A DNA stretch of 39,560 nucleotides, from positions 1 through 39,560 of the IMG/VR virus record IMGVR_UViG_3300017780_007785; one strand, given 5' to 3'. The notes under the pieces are model-generated. The model did not search any database. It was not told the origin of the DNA and saw only the letters and a program-made list of their open reading frames with translations. Of the stretch, positions 9,590 to 18,185 are shown in pieces. The stretch's first letter is position 1. Each line of letters opens with the position of its first letter. Both the position numbers and the translations under genes were made by a program. Source of the stretch: a virus. Lineage: Duplodnaviria > Caudoviricetes.

Positions 9590-10829
9590 AAATGTAATTC
9601 ATTACTTCTTCTTCTTCAAAATACTTACGAATTGGAGCACGTGTCTGTAATTTTTGGGAGTGTTCTTCTTCTTCAATCCAATTCCAATCATGGAATCCAA
9701 GTTCAAGTATTCGATTATGAATTGCCGTATCGTAGTAATCACGAATTAAACGGGCTCTTCGGTTTATATCATTCGCATTATTATCAACAGTACTGTTCCT
9801 GTTGTTGTATTGATAATATAACACTTTTTTCACATGAATCATCCGTGTTTTCAAAAAAGTTCTTATAATAATTTCTAAATCATCTGCAACAGGCATATTT
9901 TTGTTATGTCCACCAATCTCATGGTACAATTTTCTTTCCCACATTCTTGCATGATTTGGCATTGAGATGTTAAACCTGATAGTTAGTGGATTAATGTCAG
10001 GGTAATGGTGAGCAAGTATATTGTCTCCGTCTACATTAACCCATGAATGTCCCGCATATCCAAAATCAAAGAAGTTATCGTGTCTTGCATACCAATTACC
10101 TGTCCAATCATGGTCGTAATGTTTGGGTTCCCCATCATCATACATTTCCGAACAGTTAGTATATAAGAACTTGCCGTCAGGGTATTTCTCAATAGCCTCA
10201 TTCGAAACATTCAAACATTCTTTTGTCAGATAGTCATCGTGGTCCAACTCAATCAACCAGTCTCCTTCACATAACATCGCGGCTCTGTGTTTAGCTAACC
10301 CAACATTCCCACCTGTTAAAGGGTAAACTCTATTCAGTTTTACTCGGTAATCTTTACTGGCAATTTCTTTTAATAGTTTCCACGTCTCTTCATCAGGAGA
10401 GTCATCCACTACAACCCATTCCCAATTAGTCCATGTTTGATTCTTAAGTCCTTCATACGTTCTTTTAATCCTTTCACCTGTTTTATATACAGGAGTGAAC
10501 ATTGAGAATCGAGGTCGAATAACCTCACACGCACGGAATACTGATTGACAAACTATTATGTTTGCTAAAATATTATCCTCAACGAACTCATCCAATTGAA
10601 TGTGGATTCTTCTTAATTGATGATGTGGTATGTTAATATCACCACCCATCGATATTATTAGGTCGGGTCTATATTTTGAATAGTCTTCAACTACAGAATC
10701 AGTATAAGGTAAGGAGTAGACAACAACGTCATCAAAGAGTCCCTCTTCAAAATAAACGTCTGAGACTAATAATTCCTCACCTTCTTTATACCATCCGTAA
10801 ACTATTGCACTTGGTTTTTTTGTTTTCAT
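9582..10829 (-). CDS. Glycosyltransferase family 2
   Basis: FSMFTPVY, NQTWTNWEWVVVDDS, LDHDD, IGG...ADD. Confidence 0.9.
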   Translation of the reverse strand: MKTKKPSAIVYGWYKEGEELLVSDVYFEEGLFDDVVVYSLPYTDSVVEDYSKYRPDLIISMGGDINIPHHQLRRIHIQLDEFVEDNILANIIVCQSVFRACEVIRPRFSMFTPVYKTGERIKRTYEGLKNQTWTNWEWVVVDDSPDEETWKLLKEIASKDYRVKLNRVYPLTGGNVGLAKHRAAMLCEGDWLIELDHDDYLTKECLNVSNEAIEKYPDGKFLYTNCSEMYDDGEPKHYDHDWTGNWYARHDNFFDFGYAGHSWVNVDGDNILAHHYPDINPLTIRFNISMPNHARMWERKLYHEIGGHNKNMPVADDLEIIIRTFLKTRMIHVKKVLYYQYNNRNSTVDNNANDINRRARLIRDYYDTAIHNRILELGFHDWNWIEEEEHSQKLQTRAPIRKYFEEEEVMNYIYE

Positions 10830-11171
10830 TTAATAATCTCCATCGGAGTCCCATTCAGCTATAACAAATTCTAACTTTATCCCCGCCACATGACCGTAAC
10901 GGTTCTTCCATGCAGTACCTTTAAGTCCTCCACTTGAAGAAAAGTAATGCTCATTCACAGAAAGTCCATTCTCTTTATCCTTTACTCCCTTCATTGCTGA
11001 ACGGAGTCTTTCTATTGCCGATTCTTTTAAAATTTCAACCGTTGGAACACCTCTACTAAACCATTCCCAATTAAGGGATTCCATCGCATTATGACATTTT
11101 CTAAAATCAAAATGTCTTAATACATCATCAATCATTTTTTCTTCTGACATATGTTGTGACATCCTTTCCAT
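10830..11171 (-). CDS. Hypothetical protein
   Basis: ORF; probable start 11171, just after the upstream stop. Confidence 0.7.
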   Translation of the reverse strand: MERMSQHMSEEKMIDDVLRHFDFRKCHNAMESLNWEWFSRGVPTVEILKESAIERLRSAMKGVKDKENGLSVNEHYFSSSGGLKGTAWKNRYGHVAGIKLEFVIAEWDSDGDY

Positions 11172-11175
11172 GATT

Positions 11176-11541
11176 CTATTTTTTTTGTAACGATTCGTAA
11201 AATTTTGGAGAAGGTAATCCACTGTATTCACATATAGATTCCTCTCTATTCTTTATAAGTTCTTTTTTAATATCTTCAGGGAAACGCACTCCATCAGATT
11301 CCATATCCGCCATGGTTCGGTGCATCGCCTTGTAAATTACTTTCTTTTCTTTTTTTGTCATTTTTTCATCTTCAAATAATTTAGCCATTAAATTAAATAA
11401 ATAAACACGCGGCCCACCTGGTTTTTCATACTTATAAGAATTTTCGTCCACATCTTTAACCGCTCTGTATATTCCTATAAAGAATACAATGAATAAAGTT
11501 GCCACAATAGACGTTAGAATATATATGTCTAAATTTTCCAT
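11176..11541 (-). CDS. Hypothetical protein with N-terminal TM helix
   Basis: IYILTSIVATLFIVFFIGIY; start at 11541. Confidence 0.7.
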   Translation of the reverse strand: MENLDIYILTSIVATLFIVFFIGIYRAVKDVDENSYKYEKPGGPRVYLFNLMAKLFEDEKMTKKEKKVIYKAMHRTMADMESDGVRFPEDIKKELIKNREESICEYSGLPSPKFYESLQKK

Positions 11542-11542
11542 C

Positions 11543-11719
11543 TTAGTTTTTTGTTTTAGAGTTAACATAATTCAACAATCCTATTATCGTTGGTGGCCAC
11601 AATCCAATAAAGATTGCTTTCTCAACATTATTTTGAACAAGGTAGTAATATTCAGATACGAATATTAACGCGACGGTGAATACAATGATTAGTATTTCTG
11701 AGGTTTTAAAATTTTTCAT
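11543..11719 (-). CDS. Small 58-aa two-TM membrane protein (missing from ORF track)
   Basis: Hand translation MKNFKTSEILIIVFTVALIFVSEYYYLVQNNVEKAIFIGLWPPTIIGLLNYVNSKTKN*; TATCTTTG 4 nt upstream. Confidence 0.75.
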   Translation of the reverse strand: MKNFKTSEILIIVFTVALIFVSEYYYLVQNNVEKAIFIGLWPPTIIGLLNYVNSKTKN

Positions 11720-11748
11720 ACCCCAAAGATAGTAAATTTAATTTAAAT

Positions 11749-11774
11749 AAAAAACCCCAACTTTCGTTGAGGTT
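11749..11774 (-). terminator. Rho-independent terminator
   Basis: aaccccaac-tttc-gttgaggtt with A-run. Confidence 0.65.
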
Positions 11775-11782
11775 CGTAAATT

Positions 11783-12175
11783 TTAATCCCAAATTCCTTG
11801 TGAGGTTATTGTTGGTGTACTGTTTCTGTCAATCATCACCCATTCTGCTTTGATAAGTCCCCATGGGTCAAAACATTTCATTACCTGTTCAAGAGTAAAC
11901 TCCTTACAACTGTAGATGTCAAACTGAACCATAGGTGGTTCTGCATTATCCCAAATGTGTATTGATGCGTGTGACGTTGCGAGTGTGACTGTTCCCGTCA
12001 GTCCTTCATTACCAGGGTCTGACACGTAAACACTTGTCGGACCTGCTACAACCTTCATCCCTACCCTCTCAACCAAATACGTAAACCATTTATTCAATAA
12101 TTCCTCTTTCTTAGGAGGGTTTGTTACCCAACACTTAACTAGCAAGTGTTGATGGTAAGGTGTGAATTTTTCCAT
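11783..12175 (-). CDS. speD: S-adenosylmethionine decarboxylase-like pyruvoyl proenzyme
   Basis: GLTGTVTLATSHASIHIW, FDIYSC; start at 12175. Confidence 0.8.
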   Translation of the reverse strand: MEKFTPYHQHLLVKCWVTNPPKKEELLNKWFTYLVERVGMKVVAGPTSVYVSDPGNEGLTGTVTLATSHASIHIWDNAEPPMVQFDIYSCKEFTLEQVMKCFDPWGLIKAEWVMIDRNSTPTITSQGIWD

Positions 12176-12219
12176 TAAAAATATGTACTTTTTTAATAGA
12201 TATATATCACTATAGTAAG

Positions 12220-12250
12220 AAAAAACCCACACTTTAAAGGGTGTGGGTTT
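12220..12250 (-). terminator. Rho-independent terminator
   Basis: aacccacac...gtgtgggtt with A-run. Confidence 0.75.
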
Positions 12251-12258
12251 AATTTATT

Positions 12259-12999
12259 TTACATGGTTCTCAAGATAGACTCTGTCATCCCTGTCCATTT
12301 TTTGATTTGGTTTTTAGGAATCCAAAATTCCATCTCTCCAATCTCCTCAACTCTCTTCAAATAGTCCTCACGGAAACGAGTTGCCTCAGACACATCCTTG
12401 ATGTAAGGAATTTTTAAGTGGGCTGCACATATCTTACCCATTCCTGTTAACATTGAGAACTCATCTGTCAAGTCTCTCATACAAGAGGTACAGATTTTAC
12501 CACGTTTGATGGTCATCTTACCTGCGAATTTTACCGCTTTAACACTAACACCTAACAAACGAGTGATGTCAATCAACGTAGGGTTGAACTCCAATTCGTA
12601 AGTCTCTTTCAACTGTTGGCCAACCTTACGACCTATTACAATTGTCTCACCTGGAGTCGGCCAGTTCATACGGATGGTTTTCTCTTTGTCTTCTTCCTTT
12701 TGAATCTGAACCAAAGCAGCTGACTTTTGTTTCTCAGTCAAAGTACCATACTTTTGGAACTTAGAGGCGATGTCCTTAACGAAGGTGTTCTCACCTTTGT
12801 AGTCGACGATGCGTTTCATGTCTTCAGTCATTTCTTCAGTTTTAACGGTTGCAACCGCGTTAAGACATTTCTCAACAGCAGCTAATTGATTTGGAGTCAA
12901 ACCGCCGTATCTTGATACTGCGTCTTTCATCTTGATGACGAAAGAATTTTGACCTTGGTAGTTACGTACTTTTTCGATTGTGGAGATTGTAGGAGTCAT
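12259..12999 (-). CDS. DUF6011-like zinc-finger protein with N-terminal tandem repeat
   Basis: CTSCMRDLTD.FS..TGMGKIC; YxGxNxFV..YGxLTxxQ occurs twice. Confidence 0.6.
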   Translation of the reverse strand: MTPTISTIEKVRNYQGQNSFVIKMKDAVSRYGGLTPNQLAAVEKCLNAVATVKTEEMTEDMKRIVDYKGENTFVKDIASKFQKYGTLTEKQKSAALVQIQKEEDKEKTIRMNWPTPGETIVIGRKVGQQLKETYELEFNPTLIDITRLLGVSVKAVKFAGKMTIKRGKICTSCMRDLTDEFSMLTGMGKICAAHLKIPYIKDVSEATRFREDYLKRVEEIGEMEFWIPKNQIKKWTGMTESILRTM

Positions 13000-13020
13000 A
13001 GTTTTATCGTTTTGTGAATA

Positions 13021-13051
13021 CAAAGATAGTGAATACTTACGACATTACAAA
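13021..13051 (-). promoter_or_regulatory. Bacteroidota sigma70-type promoter (-33/-7)
   Basis: TTTG-N19-TATCTTTG. Confidence 0.85.
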
Positions 13052-13052
13052 A

Positions 13053-13241
13053 CTATTTTTTTACAATTAATTCCAAATTATTTTCATCAAAACGAATCCC
13101 CACAATCTCACCACCGTTTCCATTCTCATTGGCCTCCACCAATTCCATAAACTTCTTCAAGTCTACCGCTCTGTAGAAGATACCTCCTTGGGCTTTCTCA
13201 CCATCAAAGGTGTCTTTCCAAAATATATTATTCTCAAACAT
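13053..13241 (-). CDS. Hypothetical protein
   Basis: Short ORF; probable start MFENN at 13241. Confidence 0.65.
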   Translation of the reverse strand: MFENNIFWKDTFDGEKAQGGIFYRAVDLKKFMELVEANENGNGGEIVGIRFDENNLELIVKK

Positions 13242-13251
13242 TGTCTTATTT

Positions 13252-13857
13252 TTAATTGTCAAACCAAAATACTATTCTAATCTTCTCATCAAGTTCAGGT
13301 TTTGGTTCATCTCCCCAAACCCAAAACTCATCACGAACTCTCTTGTCCATCTCGTCTATAATAGGTTTTAAGACATCATATCCTTCTTCCCATTCACGTT
13401 TAACCCAAGTGGTGTTTGATGTACTACCACACCATGTATCAGGTGTTTCTATCCCTTCATCAAGCAACTCTGCATCCTCAGGTGAAATAAACCCCTCTCT
13501 CTTAACTACAGGGTGTAAACCTTGATATTCTCTTAACTCTTTAAGAGTTAACCAGCTGTGACTATGACCATCTCCATCCCATCTGTCAGACTCTTTCTTA
13601 GTCACCTCACTGACATCCTCAGGTAATCCACGAGGGTCATCAATACTATCGTTATTATGGTCTCTAACACCCGCAAGAATACCAAATAACTCGTAGTTTC
13701 GTCCACTGTATAGTGACTCAATGTTCAACATTCTCTCCCCTTCATCATTACCTTCTTGGTAATAAGGATTATACCTCCAATTGTCAGCATTCACCCACTT
13801 ATCTTGTGAGTTGATTGACTTCTTAATTTCCGTAAATAAATGAATATCGCATCCCAT
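13252..13857 (-). CDS. Conserved phage hypothetical protein (MGCDIH...RIVFWFDN type)
   Basis: MGCDIH, RNYELFGILAGVR, HSHSWL, RIVFWFDN. Confidence 0.75.
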   Translation of the reverse strand: MGCDIHLFTEIKKSINSQDKWVNADNWRYNPYYQEGNDEGERMLNIESLYSGRNYELFGILAGVRDHNNDSIDDPRGLPEDVSEVTKKESDRWDGDGHSHSWLTLKELREYQGLHPVVKREGFISPEDAELLDEGIETPDTWCGSTSNTTWVKREWEEGYDVLKPIIDEMDKRVRDEFWVWGDEPKPELDEKIRIVFWFDN

Positions 13858-13879
13858 AGTTGTTGATTGAATAGGTTAT

Positions 13880-13904
13880 TAAAAAAATCCCCGTGAGGGG
13901 ATTT
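13880..13904 (-). terminator. Rho-independent terminator
   Basis: aaatcccc-gtga-ggggattt with A-run. Confidence 0.75.
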
Positions 13905-13909
13905 GTGTT

Positions 13910-14368
13910 TTAGTTTTGAGTGAATGCTTTGTCAGCCCAAGTCTTAGCTCCGAATTGAGACCAGATGTTCATGTCACACATGTCAGGGAATGATTGTCTC
14001 ATATCTCCTACAGTCATCACTTCCAAGAACCCTTTGTCGATTGAGTACCATTTACCACCTTTGGTTGTGTAAACGTTCATCCAATGACCAAACTCGTTTT
14101 TTACTTGGATGTTAACAAGAGAATTTTTAGACCATCCTTTCATCATGTCAGATGCAGTACCTTTACTGTCGTGGATGTTAATGAATCCCGCCTGACATTT
14201 GTTTGCAATACGGAACTCGTACTCTTTATTTACATCTTTGATGTGGTTGGAAACCATTACAGAGACTCTCTTGTTCTTTACTGTGGTATCAAAAGAACCG
14301 TAGAATACGTCTCCTGCTAATGTACCTGTTGTTACTTTGATTACTGAAGGGGTAGTGGTGTTTGTCAT
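13910..14368 (-). CDS. Hypothetical protein
   Basis: 152-aa ORF with its own promoter and terminator. Confidence 0.8.
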   Translation of the reverse strand: MTNTTTPSVIKVTTGTLAGDVFYGSFDTTVKNKRVSVMVSNHIKDVNKEYEFRIANKCQAGFINIHDSKGTASDMMKGWSKNSLVNIQVKNEFGHWMNVYTTKGGKWYSIDKGFLEVMTVGDMRQSFPDMCDMNIWSQFGAKTWADKAFTQN

Positions 14369-14390
14369 AGTCTTATCGTTTTTGTGAATA

Positions 14391-14421
14391 CAAAGATAAT
14401 CAATATTTCCTAACTACCAAA
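14391..14421 (-). promoter_or_regulatory. Bacteroidota sigma70-type promoter
   Basis: TTTG-N19-TATCTTTG. Confidence 0.85.
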
Positions 14422-14422
14422 A

Positions 14423-15004
14423 TTATTTTTCATATCCCCAAAATTTAAATTGGTGTTTTGTATACTCATATACTATCTCTTTCATTTCGTCATCGTAAAA
14501 TGGTTCCCAATCCTCAATTTCTTTACCATGACTTGATAACATATCAACTTGAGATTCCGTTAGAACATCTAAAATAAATGGTAACTTCATTAAGTCATCT
14601 TTCATATGTTCCAATCTAATCACATAGTCAAAAGGTTTGTCCCATTTTTCTATAACCACCATAGTCATAGTTTGACCTCTTGGTAAGTCTTCGGTTAAAT
14701 ATTTTCTAAACCCTTCCTTACTCTTGTCTTCAATTGAATGGAAAAAATTTTTAAAGATTGAGTATACTCTACCATATGGATTTCGAGCATTACATATAAC
14801 TTTGTAATCGGTCCCCTCTTCATTCGGTTCAATAGCGTGATTATAGTTATACATTCCAAACGAGTTAAGTGGTTTATTAGTACATTTGAAATCGTAATAT
14901 GCAAGTACTTCGGAAACCTTTCTACTACCAGTTCTTTCAGGAGCAATCCACTGATAATTATATTTTTTTGAAATGTTATTACCCCTATTTTTTGGACTAT
15001 TCAT
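14423..15004 (-). CDS. Sulfotransferase family 2-like protein
   Basis: APERTGSR, RNPYGRVYS, IRLEH, FKFWGY; start at 15004 overlaps the upstream stop. Confidence 0.65.
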   Translation of the reverse strand: MNSPKNRGNNISKKYNYQWIAPERTGSRKVSEVLAYYDFKCTNKPLNSFGMYNYNHAIEPNEEGTDYKVICNARNPYGRVYSIFKNFFHSIEDKSKEGFRKYLTEDLPRGQTMTMVVIEKWDKPFDYVIRLEHMKDDLMKLPFILDVLTESQVDMLSSHGKEIEDWEPFYDDEMKEIVYEYTKHQFKFWGYEK

Positions 15005-15410
15005 TCTTACATCTATTAGGTTGAAAGCACCCTTGTCCGCCACCTTCAACATAACCTTCCCTAAGGTCAATATGTGTTGACATGGTATAAGGACTCTCCT
15101 TACCACATAAAACACATTTGTCATATTGTGTTTGGCCTTCAAGTACGCATTTCAAATGGTCATACCCAACAAGATAATCATAATCAATTTCCGAGGTATC
15201 TTTGTTACAGATAGAACAGGTCCACGACTTATTTACAGACGTAACAAGACCTTCTTCATCTATGGTTAAGGCGAAGTGTTCATCATCAAATTGAGGTCCC
15301 TCAAAATCTCTCCTGGCTTGCCAATATTTACTTCGGGTTAATTTACCCAATTCATTATCATTTGGCGTAGATAATATTTCATCTTCGGTTAGTGTAACTT
15401 TAATAGACAT
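14997..15410 (-). CDS. Hypothetical zinc-finger protein
   Basis: CSIC...HLKC, CVLC...C. Confidence 0.65.
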   Translation of the reverse strand: MSIKVTLTEDEILSTPNDNELGKLTRSKYWQARRDFEGPQFDDEHFALTIDEEGLVTSVNKSWTCSICNKDTSEIDYDYLVGYDHLKCVLEGQTQYDKCVLCGKESPYTMSTHIDLREGYVEGGGQGCFQPNRCKNE

Positions 15411-15473
15411 AGTATTATTATTTATGTTTAAATTATAAATGACCTAAATACAAAAATAAATGTATTTATTATT

Positions 15474-15866
15474 ATGATTAAGGAAGAACTTTTATCGGAG
15501 AAGTTAAAGTATTTGATTACCATGAACGCCAAACCTAAACAGTTTGATGTCATGAAAATACACATTGAATTTGAATATATTACCCCAGGCCATCAAAAGT
15601 TAAGTGGTTACGATATAGACATTACTTTTGATTACGAAGGAGCTTTAGATTTTGATATGTATTCTTTCGCTCACGATATACAAAGAATGTCTGAAAAACT
15701 TAGAGATATACTAAACGAATACGTGATAACTCAAGAAGGTAAAATACTTAGCGGAGCTAATTCAAATTGTTCTTCAACAGAAGCCATGGTTTATAACATT
15801 AGTTATGAAGTCGACAACAAACACGTTTTTAATTTAGGTTATAAATTCCAATACGAACAAGAATAA
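15474..15866 (+). CDS. Hypothetical protein
   Basis: ORF after TATTTAT motif. Confidence 0.75.
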   Translation: MIKEELLSEKLKYLITMNAKPKQFDVMKIHIEFEYITPGHQKLSGYDIDITFDYEGALDFDMYSFAHDIQRMSEKLRDILNEYVITQEGKILSGANSNCSSTEAMVYNISYEVDNKHVFNLGYKFQYEQE

Positions 15867-15867
15867 T

Positions 15868-16719
15868 ATGAATGAAAAATTAAAAAAATTATCGGTAAAT
15901 TTATCTGAATTAATTTCTAAATCAGAAACACCTCAAGAGGTGTATGACGGATTAGTCCCTGTAATGCAAAAACAATCCGATTACTTTAAGTATTTGGGTC
16001 CTGATAATATTGTTAAGTTAACCTTATACGTATATTCATTTAAAACAACAGGTAAATTTAATGTTGGTGACATTATGATTTCATCATTAGGGTTTGCCAA
16101 CGTATTCACAACTGAAGGCACTGAATACGTAAAAGAATGTGACGAATGTGGTGGTGCGGGTGAACTTGATTGTGAATACTGTGATAGAGGTGAGATTACA
16201 TGTGAGACGTGTGACGGTACTGCTGAGGTTACATGTGAAGAATGTGATGGAGATGGTAGACAAATGGGTGACGGAGAATTGGAAGATTGTGAAGCATGTG
16301 ATGGTACTGGTAATGGTAAATGTGAAGAATGTGACGGAGATGGTTATTTAAATTGTGATAACTGTCATGACGGAAAAAATGAATGTTGGGAGTGTAATGG
16401 TAATGGTGATGTTGAAACAACCGAACTTAAATATGATGCATATTTTGTTGCAACATGGAACAGAGACATTAATGGTGACTTCTCACTAAATGAAAATACC
16501 CAATATCCCGCATTATCTGAATTTGAATTTGACAGATTAAGAGACGAATATATAGTATTAACCTATGAAGATGATAATCACGCCGAGTTTCAAAATTGGG
16601 TTAAAATTAATGAAGTGTATTGTACATTCTATTCCGACGAACCAAAATTAAACTTAACTGAAAAAATGAAATTGGATAACAGAGCCGACAGCTACGAGCC
16701 TGATTATTACACAAAGTAA
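15868..16719 (+). CDS. Protein with DnaJ-type CxxCxGxG zinc-finger repeats (no J domain)
   Basis: Eight CxxC repeats, mostly CxxCxGxG. Confidence 0.8.
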   Translation: MNEKLKKLSVNLSELISKSETPQEVYDGLVPVMQKQSDYFKYLGPDNIVKLTLYVYSFKTTGKFNVGDIMISSLGFANVFTTEGTEYVKECDECGGAGELDCEYCDRGEITCETCDGTAEVTCEECDGDGRQMGDGELEDCEACDGTGNGKCEECDGDGYLNCDNCHDGKNECWECNGNGDVETTELKYDAYFVATWNRDINGDFSLNENTQYPALSEFEFDRLRDEYIVLTYEDDNHAEFQNWVKINEVYCTFYSDEPKLNLTEKMKLDNRADSYEPDYYTK

Positions 16720-16720
16720 T

Positions 16721-17218
16721 ATGAGCAATTTAAATAGATTTTTAAAAGTATTAAATAAGGTTGGTTATCCAAATCCTGACTTAGATTCTATTGTTAGAAT
16801 GGTAGACTACAACTTAGAGGACTTTTTACCTGATTTAGTTGAAGAAGTTGGTGAAGAAGGCGCTGATGACTTTATTGAAAGAGCGATAGGTAAAGTATAT
16901 AATGGTGATAAAGGAATTAGAGTTATACTTAACGATGGAGACTATGGTGAATACGTATACATCAAACTTGATGAACCTCATATTTCTTTAGAGAATGACG
17001 ATACCACAGTACTTTCTAGATGGAGTTGGGGTGACACCAAGGTATTATCCACAGGTGAGGATGGTGAAGAAACTTACAAAACCATGGAACAAATATCTGA
17101 TGATACTGACATGGGAGATTGGGCAGAATATGACGAACTTGTTGAATACATAAAAAGTAATTGTAATGACTTTATGTATAGAAATTGTGGGTTTGGTATT
17201 TGGTGGGATGAACAATAA
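16721..17218 (+). CDS. Hypothetical acidic protein
   Basis: 165-aa ORF in plus-strand operon. Confidence 0.75.
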   Translation: MSNLNRFLKVLNKVGYPNPDLDSIVRMVDYNLEDFLPDLVEEVGEEGADDFIERAIGKVYNGDKGIRVILNDGDYGEYVYIKLDEPHISLENDDTTVLSRWSWGDTKVLSTGEDGEETYKTMEQISDDTDMGDWAEYDELVEYIKSNCNDFMYRNCGFGIWWDEQ

Positions 17219-17245
17219 AAAAGGAGAGACCGAAGTCTCCCCTTA
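17217..17245. terminator. Terminator between convergent genes
   Basis: ggagagac-cgaa-gtctcccc, A-run on the left. Confidence 0.6.
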
Positions 17246-17283
17246 GGGCCGTACCGTTTTAGCACAGATTCCACCACCAAGTT

Positions 17284-17583
17284 TTATCTAACTTGGAAAT
17301 CCTTATCTTTCAATACTTTACTGACTAAAGATTCCACATCTTTCCCTGGCATGTATCCAATTACATCATCAGTTGCTTCAGGGTAAAAGAATTTTGTAAC
17401 AAAGTCACCGCTTTCTTTATCAAAAATTGCAACCTCAAAATCATTTATAAAATCACCGTATAACCCTCTTGTTCCACCAACAATAGAGAAACTAACGTTA
17501 TTGTTACCAATTCGTGTTACTCTTCCGCCATTCATTACTGGATGTGGTTTGGATAAATCTATGATGTCTTTAATAGTAATCAT
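17284..17583 (-). CDS. Hypothetical protein
   Basis: 99-aa ORF, coupled to upstream gene. Confidence 0.75.
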   Translation of the reverse strand: MITIKDIIDLSKPHPVMNGGRVTRIGNNNVSFSIVGGTRGLYGDFINDFEVAIFDKESGDFVTKFFYPEATDDVIGYMPGKDVESLVSKVLKDKDFQVR

Positions 17584-17855
17584 TTTTTATTTCTTATTTG
17601 TTTTAACTTAACTTCAAGTAACTCGATATTAAACTTGTCAGTTCTTGTCTTGTTTGGTTTGTCTTTCAACTCTTTAATCAAACCAAGAACTTTTTCCTCT
17701 TCTGTCTCAACTTTAGGCTCTTGAGGAATAACAGGTGGAATAACCTCCTGTACTTTTTGATTAGCATGATATTCACCTAACTTATATGCTCCATATAGAA
17801 GAGCTCCCGCTCCCGCTATCTTTAGGAGATTCCCGAATAATCCTTCTTGTCTCAT
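17580..17855 (-). CDS. Hypothetical protein with hydrophobic N-terminal segment
   Basis: IAGAGALLYGAY. Confidence 0.7.
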   Translation of the reverse strand: MRQEGLFGNLLKIAGAGALLYGAYKLGEYHANQKVQEVIPPVIPQEPKVETEEEKVLGLIKELKDKPNKTRTDKFNIELLEVKLKQIRNKK

Positions 17856-18133
17856 TTTGTTTCTAACGCCTCCATTTTAGATTTATTAATAAGGTGTTCT
17901 GCCAATGTGTAGTTATCAACACTTGTTGTGATGATAGAGCTAACCAAGTGTTTGTGTGGAACGTGAACCAAGAAGTCAGTACCGTTGAAGAACGTTAAAT
18001 CATTCTTAAGTTCAATACATCCTTGAACCATCTTCAAAAACAATTTGAATTGGGTAGAGTTAACGAAAGTTTCGTTTAACAATACTCCGAAGGTCTCGTG
18101 TTGAATCTTGATGTTGTGTTGAGGTAGGTTCAT
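17852..18133 (-). CDS. Hypothetical protein
   Basis: Start at 18133 after the conserved promoter/leader. Confidence 0.75.
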   Translation of the reverse strand: MNLPQHNIKIQHETFGVLLNETFVNSTQFKLFLKMVQGCIELKNDLTFFNGTDFLVHVPHKHLVSSIITTSVDNYTLAEHLINKSKMEALETK

Positions 18134-18154
18134 ATCTTTATCGTTTTGTGAGTA

Positions 18155-18185
18155 CAAAGATAGTGAATTATCACCAATAAACAAA
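18155..18185 (-). promoter_or_regulatory. Bacteroidota sigma70-type promoter
   Basis: TTTG-N19-TATCTTTG. Confidence 0.85.

Noticed and set aside
15005-15142. N-terminal extensions in the ORF track (also 20636-20746, 27005-27103, 18134-18184, 12176-12232)
   Set aside because: They overlap upstream genes, promoters or terminators; downstream ATGs fit better
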